From positions 11,284,001 to 11,348,000 of the forward strand of contig OZ210885.1 of NCBI GenBank assembly GCA_964658305.1: a DNA stretch of 64,000 nt, given 5' to 3'. The translations under genes were made by a program, and so were the position numbers. How positions within the stretch are numbered: position 1 is the first letter of the stretch; every line of letters starts with the position of its first letter. Positions 35,001 through 48,939 of this stretch are shown here, piece by piece. Source of the stretch: Leptogorgia sarmentosa. Lineage: Eukaryota. The notes beneath the pieces were generated by a model that was not told where the DNA came from, searched no databases, and saw only the letters and a program-made list of their open reading frames with translations.

Positions 35001-35468
35001 ACGCTTGCCAAATCTTCTCCTTAACTTTCTTCCAGTTTTCCCATATACAGTAAATGTAATGGGGAAACTTAATATAGTATGATTTGCATTTTCGTTTACT
35101 CCTTGTTTTCTATAAATCTGTCTGCTTGGTTTTTATTTTGTCATGTGTCCTTTTGTTTTCATATTTTCATTTACAAGTATACAAACAGGCTAAACCCAAT
35201 AAAGGGCCTTTGCTCGAAACGTTGAATCTTATTGTATCTTTTAGGCAGTGAGTAGAACTTCTCCAGGTTGCTAATGTAGTTAATATTACATATATTTCAT
35301 ATATATACTCAACAAGGCAATGCACCCTCTGTTCAGTGAGCAAACCAAAAAATCTGCCAACATTTTTAGCTAACCAGTCAAGCTAGCAATGGCTCTGACA
35401 CATTTTGCACTATTATTTTATTCATTTTCAAACCAGATCATTTTACTCATAGTGCTACAACTTAATGG

Positions 35469-35727
35469 TAGTGGCGCCAGGAAGGGGGGCCAAGGGGGGA
35501 CCAGGCACCCCCCCCCCCCCAAATATTTTTCTAAGTATAATTTTGATAGAGAAAAAAGACCAGTAGGAGATTATCAAGTTTTGCACAAAGTATAATTGTC
35601 TTCCATTTCAGATAACCCATAATTTTTCATTGAGGGTATGTAGAAAAAATTCCCCAGACCTTTTAGCAAGGCCCGACTTCACAAATTTTGTATTTGAACC
35701 CAAAATAAAATCGTGCCGGTGCCACTG
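35469..35727. mobile_element. hAT-like MITE
   Basis: Ends tagtggcgcc / ggtgccactg; 8-bp flanks cttaatgg and cttaatgt (7/8 match). Confidence 0.7.
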
Positions 35728-37623
35728 CTTAATGTGTTAATGTCTCAAGTTCATCAATTTTCAAAATTCCAAAAATTCTGAAGGAATTTTCAAAAGCACA
35801 TAATGCAGGGAGTTGTAGAAATTCCACCAGCTTTGATCAAATGTTGCAGATATATTTCAGTGGGGTGGATCAGAAACGCTTCACGTGCAGAAATTCCTCA
35901 GGGTGGAATAAATAAGGCTGGAATCTTCAGAAATTCCAATATGGAGGTGCCAAAATTATTTACTATCCTTACAGTGTATTTAAAACAGTCGATTGAAGAA
36001 CCTAAAAAACTCATGAAATTACTCAAAACCAGACAGAGACAGTACTTTGAGAGATTGTTAGAAAGCTGATGTGCATTTAAACATGCATTTATTGCTGTGT
36101 TTTATATTTCTTAGTATGCTTATATATTTATATTCAAGTATAGGAATACATTCACGTTTCCTATCCACTGCAAGCATTCAAGTATATATCTACATGAACA
36201 CACTGCTTGTTGGCAATGGAAGTTGAGTTTCAAAACACTTTGCCGTAATTAGTAAATAATTTCACTAAACTGATAAGTGTGACAATAAATGCTACAAGCA
36301 TGGCAAGAGTAGTTATGAAAAAAAAAACAAAACCAATTGTCAAGCAAATTATATATGCTATATGGAGAAACAATCATCACATATGCTACATTTACAAGGC
36401 ACAATAATATGCAGCAATGTATTAAAATCTTCCAAAATGTCTTTTTGTCAATTTCTGGTTGTGTAGTTTTTACTTTTTGATCTTTTTAAAGAGAAGCAAA
36501 ATGCATGTAATATGGGGGTCACATATTGTGTCCCTGCTACTAATAAATCTTGAAGGGATTGTAATTTAATTCATCAGCTCAGGAGATTAACATCCTTGTA
36601 ATATCAAAACATGATTGAATTCTTGTGGTATAAAACAGCTATAAATATATGTAACACAAAACTTGTTTGCTGGGCAAATAATAGAATTGTCTTCACAATT
36701 TAACAAATTTATATTAAGCATAGTATAATTGTACTGAAAGAATGTGGGTTAGCAGAGCAAAAGCTAGAGGTTTTGGTGGTGTTTTTAGAGCAAGTGAAGG
36801 CACTGTGTAACAGGGAATGTTCTGGACTTATTTGCCATGCTAGGAATCACCAGCTAGGTCACAAACTACTGATGCAATATACAACTTGATGCATGCTGTA
36901 CTACAGTATAAAGTCAATGATGATAGGGTTAGAGTTTCTATATCATTTATTAATGTTTGTCTGAACACAGCTCGGCAGTCACTGCCAAGAAATTTGTATG
37001 GAATGGGCTGGAATGCCTTAGAGAAGCTATGGGAAAAATCATTAATGAAGGGGCAAAATTAGCCACTGAATTCACCAAAGTGTACAGTATATGTTGTAAT
37101 GAACACCCTGTTTAATGAGAAGGTGAATTTTGATAGACTTCTATCAGCCTACGTAATTGCTGATATTATTTCACTAATATTAAATCATGATTGTAACCTT
37201 GTCATATGAAATGCAGCTATAAATATTTGTAAGCAAATCTTGCTTAGTAAGCCATATCCTCTCATGAGGAATTTCTATTAGCATTAGTAATATCAGTATT
37301 GAAAAATTCCGTGTTAACATAGCGAAAACTTTTAGGTTTTGGTGGAGTTTTCAGCAAATAAATTCTGACAGGGATATAAATACGCTTGAAATGGCGATCA
37401 ATACAATCATGTATGGCAAAATATAAACGTACAGCATGAAGATTTAGCTTCCGGCTTTGGTCCTTCGCAGTTCGTTCATTATTTCGAGCATATTATACCT
37501 ATTTGTAAACTTATTACGGTTGAATATATTTGTTCCGTCATTTGTGTCGTTCATGTCTAACGTATTTTCCTTTCAACGGGTATATTGCTTTCCTAACACA
37601 CGGCATCTTCGCAGCTCTGTGAC

Positions 37624-37860
37624 GGGAAATCCTACGGGAATTTCTTTGGTTTACTAGACATTTAAATCAAACTCACCTCGTTTGTTATTCCCTGCCCCGC
37701 TTTCAATTACTCGTCAATGTAGTATGATTACGATTATATTGACAGAGAACGAAATACATGAAACTCACTGCCACAATAAAGCACAGACTGGCTAAAATAT
37801 TAAAACTCTGAGTGTAATCAGAACATGGCTTGAGAAAAGGGGAAATCCCTTTCAATTTCC
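37624..37860 (-). promoter_or_regulatory. Candidate promoter and non-coding first exon of the STAND gene with NF-kB and IRF/ISRE-like sites
   Basis: Strong minus-strand donor GAG|GTGAGT (exon end 37677); GGGGAAATCCC at 37839-37849 abutting TTTCAATTTCC (GGAAATTGAAA on the minus strand); GGGAAATCCT and GGGAATTTCT at 37624-37645. Confidence 0.45.
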
Positions 37861-40800
37861 GGCAGATTAAAATTCAGCCTGCGAGAACTTGAGAATGCCT
37901 TGGAAAATAGTTTTAAATTCCTTGAATTTTCCTTTAGTTTCTATCAATATGTCACTTCGATTTCTCTATCGTGCTACCATCAGACGTGAAAGTCAAACAT
38001 ATTTTATAACCATATTGTATACAAAGAGAAAATGACGGTAACACATCTATCTAAGGCTTAAAATGTCGTTTGTGAAATTCAGGTAGAGTTATGACTTTTG
38101 CTATTTCACTAAATACATCACAGTTGCCAACATTTCACTAAGACTTCTGCTCTATAATATCATCTTGGAGGCTCAAAATGAAAGTGGAGATTAATCACAG
38201 TCTACGTAGCCAAGAGCTTTGCGATACTATCCCCATTACAATCTCTAAATTTTTATCCTAACTACAGCGCGCAACTCAAACTTCATCTGATATACCAGAA
38301 TATGATTTTTAATTTCTGCACATTCACTGCGGATCAGTATAGATAGTATCCTGCAAAATATAACGCGAAACCTGCTCAGCATAAACAATTTTGCGTGCCA
38401 TTCTTGATCGGTAATCCCTTCGATTTGTATGCGTGGATTATACAGTCTTCCTATATTCTTGCTAGCATATTATAACCCAGCAAAAAATTGAGGAAGCTAC
38501 AGCCCACTCTGGGCCATGGGCTCTGCTGCGCTTGTAGAAAATAGTTCGAATTTCTCGTATGATATTTTTAAAGAGTCTGTATTCTACTCTATATTGCAAA
38601 GGCATAGGAAAATATCCGCGAGTACACGCAGTCTGCATTCCGCAGTAATCGCATTGGCCGAGTCAAGCTAGGAATGTTACATTTCGATGGAAATATTTTT
38701 AATACAGCAAATATCGTTTTGTGTCATAACGTACAATCTTTACCGTGTAAAATTACGAAACATAAAAGCGCAAAGATTTTTGTTCCATAACAATGATCTT
38801 CTATGAATTTAATTGAGAAGAAGAACGCGTGCTGAACCCATGAGTAAACACACTAATTTGCAATCCATCTTGATACTGTAGGTCCTATTAATTCATTATT
38901 CACATTTTCTGATGCCATACAATTTTATTGATCAAATGGAAACCACTTTCTTGTTTACTCATCCTAACTTAATGTGAAACAAATTTCATACGCAAATCTT
39001 AATCAACGTATTTTTCAAGTTAAATCCTCACTACAATATCACTTGAGTGGCAAGCTAAAACATTACATCTGGCAAATATCTGTCTCAACGCGTCTTTGCG
39101 CACAATAGCTAATCTCAATGGCTTTGAAGGTCAAGTATGTTTTGATATTATTGTAGCTACGATCTTTTCAGTGATGTGAGATAAAACAAAACAGAAAAAC
39201 GACGTAATAGATATTCCGGTGATTGTAATAAAGGTAGTGGTGTCCAAAAGAATGAGGCCGTAGTTGTTATGGAAAATTCGGATTGGGAACATTTCTTTGA
39301 AGACGCGACACATATAAAAAGAAATAGTGATATTTGATACGAATTGTGTTTATAATGTGCTAGACTGACACAGTGACACAGCGAGCTAGCAACCGAAATG
39401 TTTTCAATTGCATGAAGCGCATAAAATGTCTTTAAGGCAATATGAATGCTCACTCCAATAGCTGCACTTAGGGATGGAAAATAACCACTCATTCAATGTC
39501 GTCCCTATCAATCACGTTATTCATTTATAAGTGGAACTGCTAAATCTTCTAGTCCGACTCATTTCCTAAGCCTAACCTCGACCTCCATAAGTCCATAAAG
39601 TTCCGCGTTTTTGTATCGCAGCTTTTCAAAGCCTGATTTACGCCTGCGTTGTGGATATTATATTAATTTATAAAATTTACTGTCATTTCTCGGCCATTTC
39701 TTAGTACACACCCCACTTCGTTAATTCTTGAGATAGTAACTTCGAAGCCAAAAAATATACTAGTGTAGCATGCTACTCAAGTTCAGTGACCTGGTCTAGC
39801 AGAAACATTATCTAATCTGTATGTATATTAACTATAACTCTGTGTATAGTAAATCTGTGAATCTATAAATCAGGATCAAGACCTTTCGGTGATTTCAACG
39901 AACAAAGGCAACTGATACTTGTAGGTGAATCAGCAGATATCTCACATCATAACAGTGAGAATATTTCAGGGCATATTATGAAATTTCACACTAATAATCA
40001 GTCATTATCAGTGCATTATATAGGACCGATATGTAAAAATTATGTTAGGTTAACCTTTTCAGTTTTAAAACCTACAATATTGTTGCAAATCATTCTGAGT
40101 CATGTCTCGTATTGCATATTTCAATAAATATGAGTAGACCTTGTTTGTGCTTTTGCCTTGTCTTATGGTATTGCAAGCTATAACAATAACATGTGTAGGT
40201 AGCATTATACAACACGCTGAAACGGGAAAATATTCAATTCGAATCCATACATTTATCCATCTTAGAATATTTCATATTTCTCGTATTGTATAGCATATTT
40301 GAAGATCATTTTGCGCCACATTCCAAAGGCATTTGCGAGTGTACACTGTCTGCATTCCACAATAATCGCGTTGGCTAATTGACACTAGAAATATGATGTT
40401 TCTTACCTTTATTTGAGTATGTCTATCGCAACATTTTGAATAAATCTTTTCTTGTGCTATATCGTACGGACTTTACGTTCAAAGTACTAAACATAAACGT
40501 GTAAAGACTTCGGATCCCAAATAGATAATCTTCTTTTAGTTTCAAAACGAAAGCGGAAATAAATCATTAGGTTGTACGTATGCCAAGAGCAATGCGAGAA
40601 AATATTGAAACCTGACACGTTGAAAATACATGGCATTTTGCTTGGGAAAACAAATAAAACTTCTGTAGATTATCGAAAGGGGGTTAACATACGCAGTTTA
40701 ATTTCCTCACTGTTGACTATGGCCTCTTTCTACTACGTACGACTTGTGTTAATTATATATTGCATTGCACATCATTTTGGCTGCCTGTTATAATTTAGTT

Positions 40801-40997
40801 GGTGTAACTGTAAAACTAGGTTACCCACAGGGTAGGAAATGCTGCCTTGGCGCAAGCTGTAGTCATCGAAAGTATTACAACTCAAAAATGATATCAATAA
40901 AAACAAATGGACTGTTTAGGTCTTTTTGCCTGACCGTTTTGTCGGTCTACTTGTATGAATCGACTTTAATAGGATTGAAATAGCTCTTTATAAACAT

Positions 40998-42215
40998 AAA
41001 AATAGGTACACAATGTGTACATATATCGGCGCCTATGTAGCTTGGTTAGCAACGGTGATCAAATCTTATTTGTTTTCGGCTTTTCGATGCACGCATCTTA
41101 TCTGTCCCTAATACGTGATCTTGCATGTATGAAATGGTTTACTGCTGGGGAATAGGCGAATAGCGCAAATACTAATTCCTTTCAAGACGTGAGGTTGTGC
41201 ATGGTTAAAACGTGAGACGTATTCAATACTTGATATAAGCTTTCATGACTATCTCGCATTCCGGAATTCGCGCGATCATCTCAAATTGCGTAAGGAATTG
41301 AAATTGACGACATATGATATCGCATTTCATGTTATTGCGTCTTTAAAATAGAGACAGCGCTTTGCGATAATGCGATTGTTTGTGAAAAATGTGGCTTTCT
41401 AAAAACCAAATTACCCTTTTCAAAACCATATATTAATAATGATACATTTATATACAGTATATTCTGTCCATTCATGCAGCATTTGCCTAGTCGCTATGCG
41501 CGTAGGTTCAGAACAGAATAGCTACTTGAAACTATATATTATTTCGTTTGTTTTGTCTCGCGCTTAATAAACGCACAAACCCGTTTTATTACAAGCTACA
41601 AAATCTATTTTCCTGGGATTGAATGCTTCAACCATTCTGTATGACGAAGCGTCAAAATATAGTAGATATTCCGTGATCACGATGAGACCACGGGCAGTCC
41701 AAACATGCATGTACAGTGTGTCAGTGCCGACACACTAAAGTATCGTAGGGAAAATATATGCGCAATTGTGTGTTGTATCAAGACATAAACCTTTTTCATA
41801 ACCTTAAATATTCACTGTGTTCAAGGTAATACAATGCATAATTTGCGTCATGATATTTTTGCTTCGATGATTCCATAGCAAACCTCTTTGATATCTTCAA
41901 AAGCAATCAGCAATACGGTGCCAATGTATAATTTGCGTCATGATTTTTTTGCGTATAAATTTCCCTTGTAAATAGTGTTGTAAAAACGTAAATTCTTAAA
42001 AATTAACACTTGTCGCTGCGGCCATTATATTTTCTTCTTATCTGGTTATTCATGCGAAATAAAATCCACGATCAAAGTGATCAAACGCATCACCACCTTC
42101 AGCTCGCGCCTATACCAGCCGCCATTTTGTAATATTTAGCCCGCAAGAACTTGCTTTGCCCTAGTGTTTTCCAGACACGCACAAACACACACACACAACA
42201 CGATAGCAATAATAT
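40998..42215 (-). mobile_element. HINE, same family as 13081-13888
   Basis: Reverse complement of ctagggcaaagcaagttcttgcgggctaaatattacaaaatggc and of the terminal gtacac/gtgtac hairpin plus T-run. Confidence 0.75.
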
Positions 42216-43928
42216 TGACGAATTGTCGTCTTAAATAACAACGGTAACTTTGTGTTAAAACCTGTGATCAGATTGGAATGGATTATAAAAAATATCCATG
42301 CGGCCGTGCCGGCCATTCGTATACTGTAGTCACTGTACGAAACGGGAAGAATTAACAGCTGAGAGAAGTCCTGCAAATGCGGGTCGAACACCCTAAATTT
42401 ACTGGTACCGTCATGCAATGCGCCAATAGAAAATTTTGATTTTGATCCACATGATAAATTTAGGATCTGCTGCCTTGCTCGCTCACTTCAGGCTCGCTCG
42501 CTGCGGCAGCAATTATGACTTTAAAAACATTCAAAATTAGTAATAGATACCATATAGTGTCATAGATTAACTCGGAATAAAAATAGGTGTGGAAATCTAG
42601 CTATAAAATAGTAAACCAGAATATATCGCCAAACTCCCAACGCACTCGTGAATACCGCTGGGTTACATTAGTGCATGATGAAAATGTTTATTGGTACTGA
42701 AGCAGATAACATTGATTGTCAATGCTTGAACTCATTAACTCCAATCCATGTACTTTATTATTTTACTCTGATGTCAGATGATATTACGTACTGACAAAAA
42801 GAAAGCGATGATTATCAATGACTTACCCATTAAATTGAAAATACATACACCTTGATCAGTACTACTTTATCTTCGGACACATTGTAATGCCCGACAATTC
42901 ATATTTCATTTGAGAAGCGAAAACCACTGTGTTTTTAACGAGTTAGCAAAAAAGTCATCCAGAATGCTCAGTTAGAGCATTCAACTGCAATATGGCCTGA
43001 TACAGCCTTCTCAATCAACCAATAACTAATGGCGCAATTTTAACTCCTCCCCGCCCCCGTTGAGACTGCGCCACTGAGCTAAAGAATTACTGGAGAGAAT
43101 GCACGGCATCAAAAAGTGAAGCCAAAATTATGGCGTGGATTCATGCATGGCACGTCATATCCACGCAACTGGTTCCTAATTTTCATTGGAGCACCACTGA
43201 CCACAACTAACTTTGAGCCCACTAAAGATTTGTTTTGGCGAAAATATTTTGTTTTTTACACAGGATTTTTCGGTTTTTCTTCCTTTTTTGACATTCTGAT
43301 ATCATTTGCTGCCTTCAAGACGACTGAAGAAGTGGCGACATCTATTCTAGTTAGTTAAAAATCAAGCGACATAGATATTCAGAGCTCGAAAATCTCATTT
43401 GAAACTTGAAAGGTAGTCTTTTTAGAAAATATTTTATTCATTTTTTTGCATAAAAAAGGGATTACATATACCTTTCTGGTTGAAAAAAACTCTGCTTTTA
43501 TATAAGGATTGTGAAACCGTTTCAGCCGTGCAAATATTCTACCTTTTCGTGTTGATTTTTTCAACATAAAAACAAAATTTCGGCTTTTTTTACAAAAACA
43601 AAGAGGGAAAATCGTCGTCGGAAACATGAGACCGCTGTTGGTCAGTGGAAATTATATGAGAAATAGGAACCAGTGGCGTCAGCAACGGTAAAATCCGCCA
43701 TGTTTCTGGCTTCACCCCTTTGTATGGAAAAAGTCGAGTGCACTCCATTGAACTAAATAAAACTGAAAGGCTACTTCCGGCTGGAAATTTGAAGTTCAGT
43801 CCGATTACTCCATGCAGATAACTTAATATGGCAGCATGGCAAGGACTCCCAGGAACGATTCGTATTGTGGAATATTATCTGAGGAATCAATTTTTATTGA
43901 AAATTGAAGTGTTCTTTTGCTAACACAG

Positions 43929-44285
43929 AGCCCAGACCTCAATCCCATTGAGAATTTGTTGCGGAGCCAGGAGAAAAGACTAGATATGAAATGTTCATCT
44001 CGAATTGAGGAGTAGTTATTTGAGGAGTCAGGGTTGGAAGAATAACAACCATGAATACGTTCATAAACTTGTCTAGAACATCCTTGGGTGCAGTCCACAG
44101 ATCATCAAAAGTTGCGGATGTCATATTGCTTACCAAATGTTGTGTTCTGAGAGTGAAATAGGACTATTTCTCTACATCTCATTTGTTGTGCAATCCTTTT
44201 TTTACGACATAAGGAATATGACTTGTATAAACCTTGTTTATTTCTGTGTGAGACAAGGGGGCTCTTTTTTTTTGGCAACCCCCTG
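43929..44285 (+). mobile_element. Tc1/mariner 3' remnant
   Basis: SPDLNPIENL motif at 43929; right end ...ggcaaccccctg followed by TA. Confidence 0.65.
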
Positions 44286-44616
44286 TATATCATACAGAAA
44301 TGTAACTGTTGTACCCACTATTTTTGTGCGCATGCTCGGCAAGTTACTAGATGCGTGCATCTGATTGGATGACGACCTGATGACGACTAAATTTAAACTT
44401 GCCAAGCATGCGCAGTTGATCATTTTTTGCCGATCGCATTGAAAAAAAGTGGGTACGTGAAAATGCGAGTTTTTTCATATTGATTTACATCAGTTATATC
44501 TCTGTATGAAATATACTCTGTGATATCGGCCCCAATCTTCTCACGCAATGTAAACACGGCCAAAACAAATCATTCTTTGTTTTCCGAACAAGCGAGAATG
44601 TCGCGCAGCTGAACTC

Positions 44617-44662
44617 GCGTGAAATTACCCCCAGACACGCGTGTCTGGGGGTAATTCCACGC
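44617..44662. repeat. 46-bp near-perfect palindrome
   Basis: gcgtgaaattacccccagacac-gc-gtgtctgggggtaattccacgc, one mismatch. Confidence 0.9.
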
Positions 44663-45535
44663 AAAATTTTGGCTTCAGTTTTTGCTCAGTTGTTAATATT
44701 AAGGTAGCCTTCCAGTTATATATAGTTCAATGGTGCACTCTCTTCAGTCTTTCTTTAGCTCAGTGGACTGCGCGCAGGCTACAGACAACCCGGCTGGCAG
44801 CCGAGCAAACGGTGACATTTTTTGCGGCTATCAGCCGGCGTGAAATCAAACATGCTGATCGGGTGCTGCGTTTAGTTTGTTCTTCTTGCCAGCAGCTAGA
44901 ACTGAAGTATTTTACAACCTCAAAAGGAAATTTATTGCTTATCTTTCGAGCAAGATTCAAAATCGTTTCACAACCCTTCGTTGTTCCGCTTCACGGACGT
45001 AGAAAAGTCGCAATTTAAGGTAAATAATGTCACAATATTGTTATAGTTATATTTTGCCAACTTGACTTCTTGAGACCATTATCGTGTGATCATTGGAGTA
45101 TTTTATTATATACATTCATGCGATTTCATATTTAAATTTCTCTGTCTGTTACCAACTTGATTGTGGACACTTTAACATTTGTTTCATTTGATGAAATCAA
45201 AATGCTTGCAAAATATACAGTTATGTGTAGATTTTGTTGAATACCAATGTAGACATGCATTTTTTTCATGTGTCATTAAATTTTTATGGTTTGTTATATC
45301 ATAGATGATATTGATTGCCACTATTTTTCACATTAAAAAGCTGAGCCCTTTGTTCTTCTGTGTCGTCCAAATGATTTAGTGCAAGATGTGCAAGCTAGCC
45401 CACAATAATGTCATGCATTCTGTTGTGATGCTCAAATATGGAAATTTACTATCATCATAATAACCACTATTCAATTACAATTTACAATTCAATATAACAT
45501 ATACTGAGTGGTAATGTGTTGATTGTGTTTAAGTA

Positions 45536-45887
45536 TCGATGAAAGCCGTATACAGCTAGTATCCTAATACAATATGTCCATAACTGCAATCAGGAACATT
45601 TGAGAAAAATTCATCAACTATAATGCCCTTTTAGACAAGTAACACAACCAAATTTTCTTTGACAAATTTCCTGTCTCAAATGCAATTGCTCAAAAGCTAA
45701 CCAACCAGCTTTCGATGAAAGTCGTATACAGCTAGTATCCTAAATAGAATATGTCCATAACTGCAATCAGGAACATTTGAGAAAAATTCATCAACTATAA
45801 TGCCCTTTTAGACAAGTAACACAACCAAATTTTCTTTGACAAATTTCCTGTCTCAAATGCAATTGCTCAAAAGCTAACCAACCAGCA
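45536..45887. repeat. Direct tandem duplication, 2 x about 176 bp
   Basis: tcgatgaaag.cgtatacagctagtatcc starts at 45536 and 45712; the copies are nearly identical. Confidence 0.9.
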
Positions 45888-47324
45888 TTTGAACACATGC
45901 ATTTGTCAAAATAATTTTGTCAAAAATTCCCAATAAACATGGTCAGGAAAACATTGCTGTGTAAAAGGGGCTTTCGTCCCTGCCCTAACATTGCAGGGTG
46001 AATTGATTTTTCAACGATTTTGTTAAAAAACACATGAAATGCCCCTGAAACTTCTCTGGTGCCCCTGTATGTGTATAATTTTCACTCAATAATAAGACAC
46101 AATAACTCTCCTGAAAATTTTCACATTAACTCTCCTGAAAATTTTTCACATTTAGTGAAGTTCTATTAAAGCTTATTGATTTACCCCAAACCTATACTGA
46201 TGTTATATTTCACTGCATATTTCAAGTGACAATTGCATTTTGTGTCTGTTTACCTGATTTAGATCAAACGTATTTCATTTCTGTTTTGAAATCATAAGGG
46301 ATTGGATTAGATTAGGGTACATGAACCTGTATTAAGCAACTCATTCTGGATTGAGTCCATTTTGAATTTGGTTTTGCTTTCAAACATCCAATCTTAATAG
46401 ATTCAAATGCTAATCCAAAAAAATGCATTGAACATGAGATCCAATTTTATTGCAGAACGAAGTGTGACTGGGGAAACTGCAAAGCAAATCATGCATGTTT
46501 TTGTGCAGCACATTTTCCCATTTCTTAAATCCCATTTTGCATGTACATAAACTGTCGAACTAAAAGTGAGTTTGTTTCTAGATCAAAACTTGATCTGGAC
46601 TGATGTAAACCATCCCTTACTAGGAAAGTGATCCCAATCATCCCATCATGCAATACATGTGTCAAAAGTCCTCAATTATCCATAAACACTCACCATATAC
46701 ATGGTCGATCCCCCAGCATTTTATAGTTGGAATTTTCATTGTCAGATTTGATAGCTAATGATAAATTTATAAACTGTTTCTATGAAACCTGATTGTCAGG
46801 AATTGAAATATCTTGTAACCCTGAGATTCCAGTCCGAATTCTGACATGGAGGTCAGTTGTTGAGTAATAACTTCAGGTTCATGAAGATATATCTTGTATA
46901 CACTGATATTTTGGTTTGAACCATGTTATACAACAACATTTAGTTGGTCTATAAAACAACAATAAATTGTCAAAATTAACCGCGGCTTTGCACCTTTTAT
47001 TTCCATATAGAAATGTGATTGTTTCAGCTGTTGGTATCTTCTAACAAGAATTCATAGTTCGGGAAATTTGATTTTGAACCAGAATTAAGGCTGCCAAATT
47101 GGTCTGGTACATTTAGTTTCCTTGGATTATAAAATAAAATAAATTAAGGTAGGTAAGTTAATTGTCTAGTAAAAAACTTAAGTATGTGGTCAGTATTACC
47201 TGCGGGTTACGAAATCGACAAGCAGCAAGTGACCCTTATTGGTCGAGAATCAGTGTTGAGAGTTAAAGAGAAACGCAATATTTTTCGGAGAGTTGACATA
47301 TTAACATCCTTGATATATAATAAG

Positions 47325-48070
47325 ATATATAATTGCTATCGTGTTGTGTTTGTGTGTTGAAATGTTTGACACTGGGGCAAAGCACGATCTTGCGGGCTGA
47401 ATATAACAAAATGATGACTGATGCAGGCGCGATCTAAATAGTGGTGATATGTTTGATCGGGGATTTATTTGGTTAAAAAAGCCAGATAAGAAGAAAATAC
47501 TATGGCCGGAGCGATGAGTACTTTAGCAGAAATAGAGCTTTATTTATGAGCTTTTACGCCGTCTAGAATACTATTTACTATGGAAATTTATATCGTCGAT
47601 CATCGATGCAAAAATATCATGACGCAAATTATACACTGTATCATTTTGAACACAAGCTTAAACAGCAACGAAGCATAAATATCATGTGCAAATTATACTT
47701 TGTGTTACCTTGAACACATATTACTGTCTTGACAAAACTGCACGTATCATATTTTCCGTACGATACTTTGAGCGTGTCGGCATTGACATGTTTGTACATG
47801 CTTGGACTGTCGGCAGTGTCACAGTGATCACGCAAAATGTTCATTATTTTGACGCTTCGCTATACAGAACAGTTGGAAGATTCAATCCCATTCCCAGGAA
47901 AACAGAAAAATACCTTGTATTTTGTAGTTTGTGATGAAACGAGTTGGTGCAATTTATATTACGCATGCACATACGCAAATGCTACGTAAATGAACAGAAT
48001 AATGAGATATAATATGGTTTTAATTCATACAAAAGGTAAACTTGGTCTTTGGAAAGCCGCATTTTTCACC
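47325..48070 (+). mobile_element. HINE, degenerate copy of the 13081 family
   Basis: attgctatcgtgttgtgtttg...ggggcaaagcacgatcttgcgggct...catgacgcaaattatacac shared with the other copies. Confidence 0.7.
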
Positions 48071-48469
48071 AAAAATCGCAATTTCCCTATTCCCTAGCAG
48101 TATATCATTTCATACATTAAATATCGCGTATTAGGGATTCGCGTTGAACAAATTTTAAATTTGATGATCGTTTGTAAGCTGGGCGCAAGCTGGTGGAAAA
48201 CTCGAGAAATATGTAAAAGTGCCAATAATGCGCAGAAACTTAGTAATTAGCAGCATAAACGCATTTATGTATTGTTGAAAATATGTACATCTCATGAATA
48301 GCTACAAAACCGGAACCAAATACAGTACGTATGTGGGGTCGAATGACAGTGTTCGCGGCCCATTTGCTTTCCAATGAATACCGCGGAAGGTAAAAAACAT
48401 TATTTTCGCATAACATATGTTTTGTTACTTAAGTTAAAATGTTTATATGTGCTTAGGAATTCGGGATAC

Positions 48470-48931
48470 TTTTTGCGTCTACGTTGCTATAGCAACGTAG
48501 AGGCTATGTAAGCGTAAAATTTCTGGCTGGCTGTGTTTCAACAACTAATATGACGTATTTTGACGTTACGAGCTCTCAAGGTAAACACTAACACTCAAGC
48601 GTTGTTTTTACTACCGATGATGTATCGAACTGTCAACTAAATAACTGGTGACGTATGTGATTTACTGTGGCGTGTTTCACTGACAAGCTGTGCCAGTGTG
48701 CGTTGTTCTAACATTCATTCGAAGGACTCATTTCAAAGCTTCGGTAAAGCGATTTCTAAAGCATTTTCACTCATCCAGCCTGGAGGGGGGGATTTAGAAT
48801 AAGAATAACATTTGAAACTTTGTTGCGTCACATACCTATATTTTCGGATTGCAATATTTGTATCGTACAATGAGTTTCAAAATGTATAGCATCAACGTAG
48901 ACGTATGCACGCATTGTGCATGCTTATTTTT
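48470..48931 (+). mobile_element. HINE, second family
   Basis: T-run, IR cgtctacgttg ... caacgtagacg, hairpin atgcac-gcatt-gtgcat, T-run. Confidence 0.7.
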
Positions 48932-48939
48932 AATATATC

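Noticed and set aside
39157..39492. Hydrophobic 111-aa minus-strand ORF, perhaps a GPCR fragment
   Set aside because: No recognisable GPCR motifs and no supporting exon structure.
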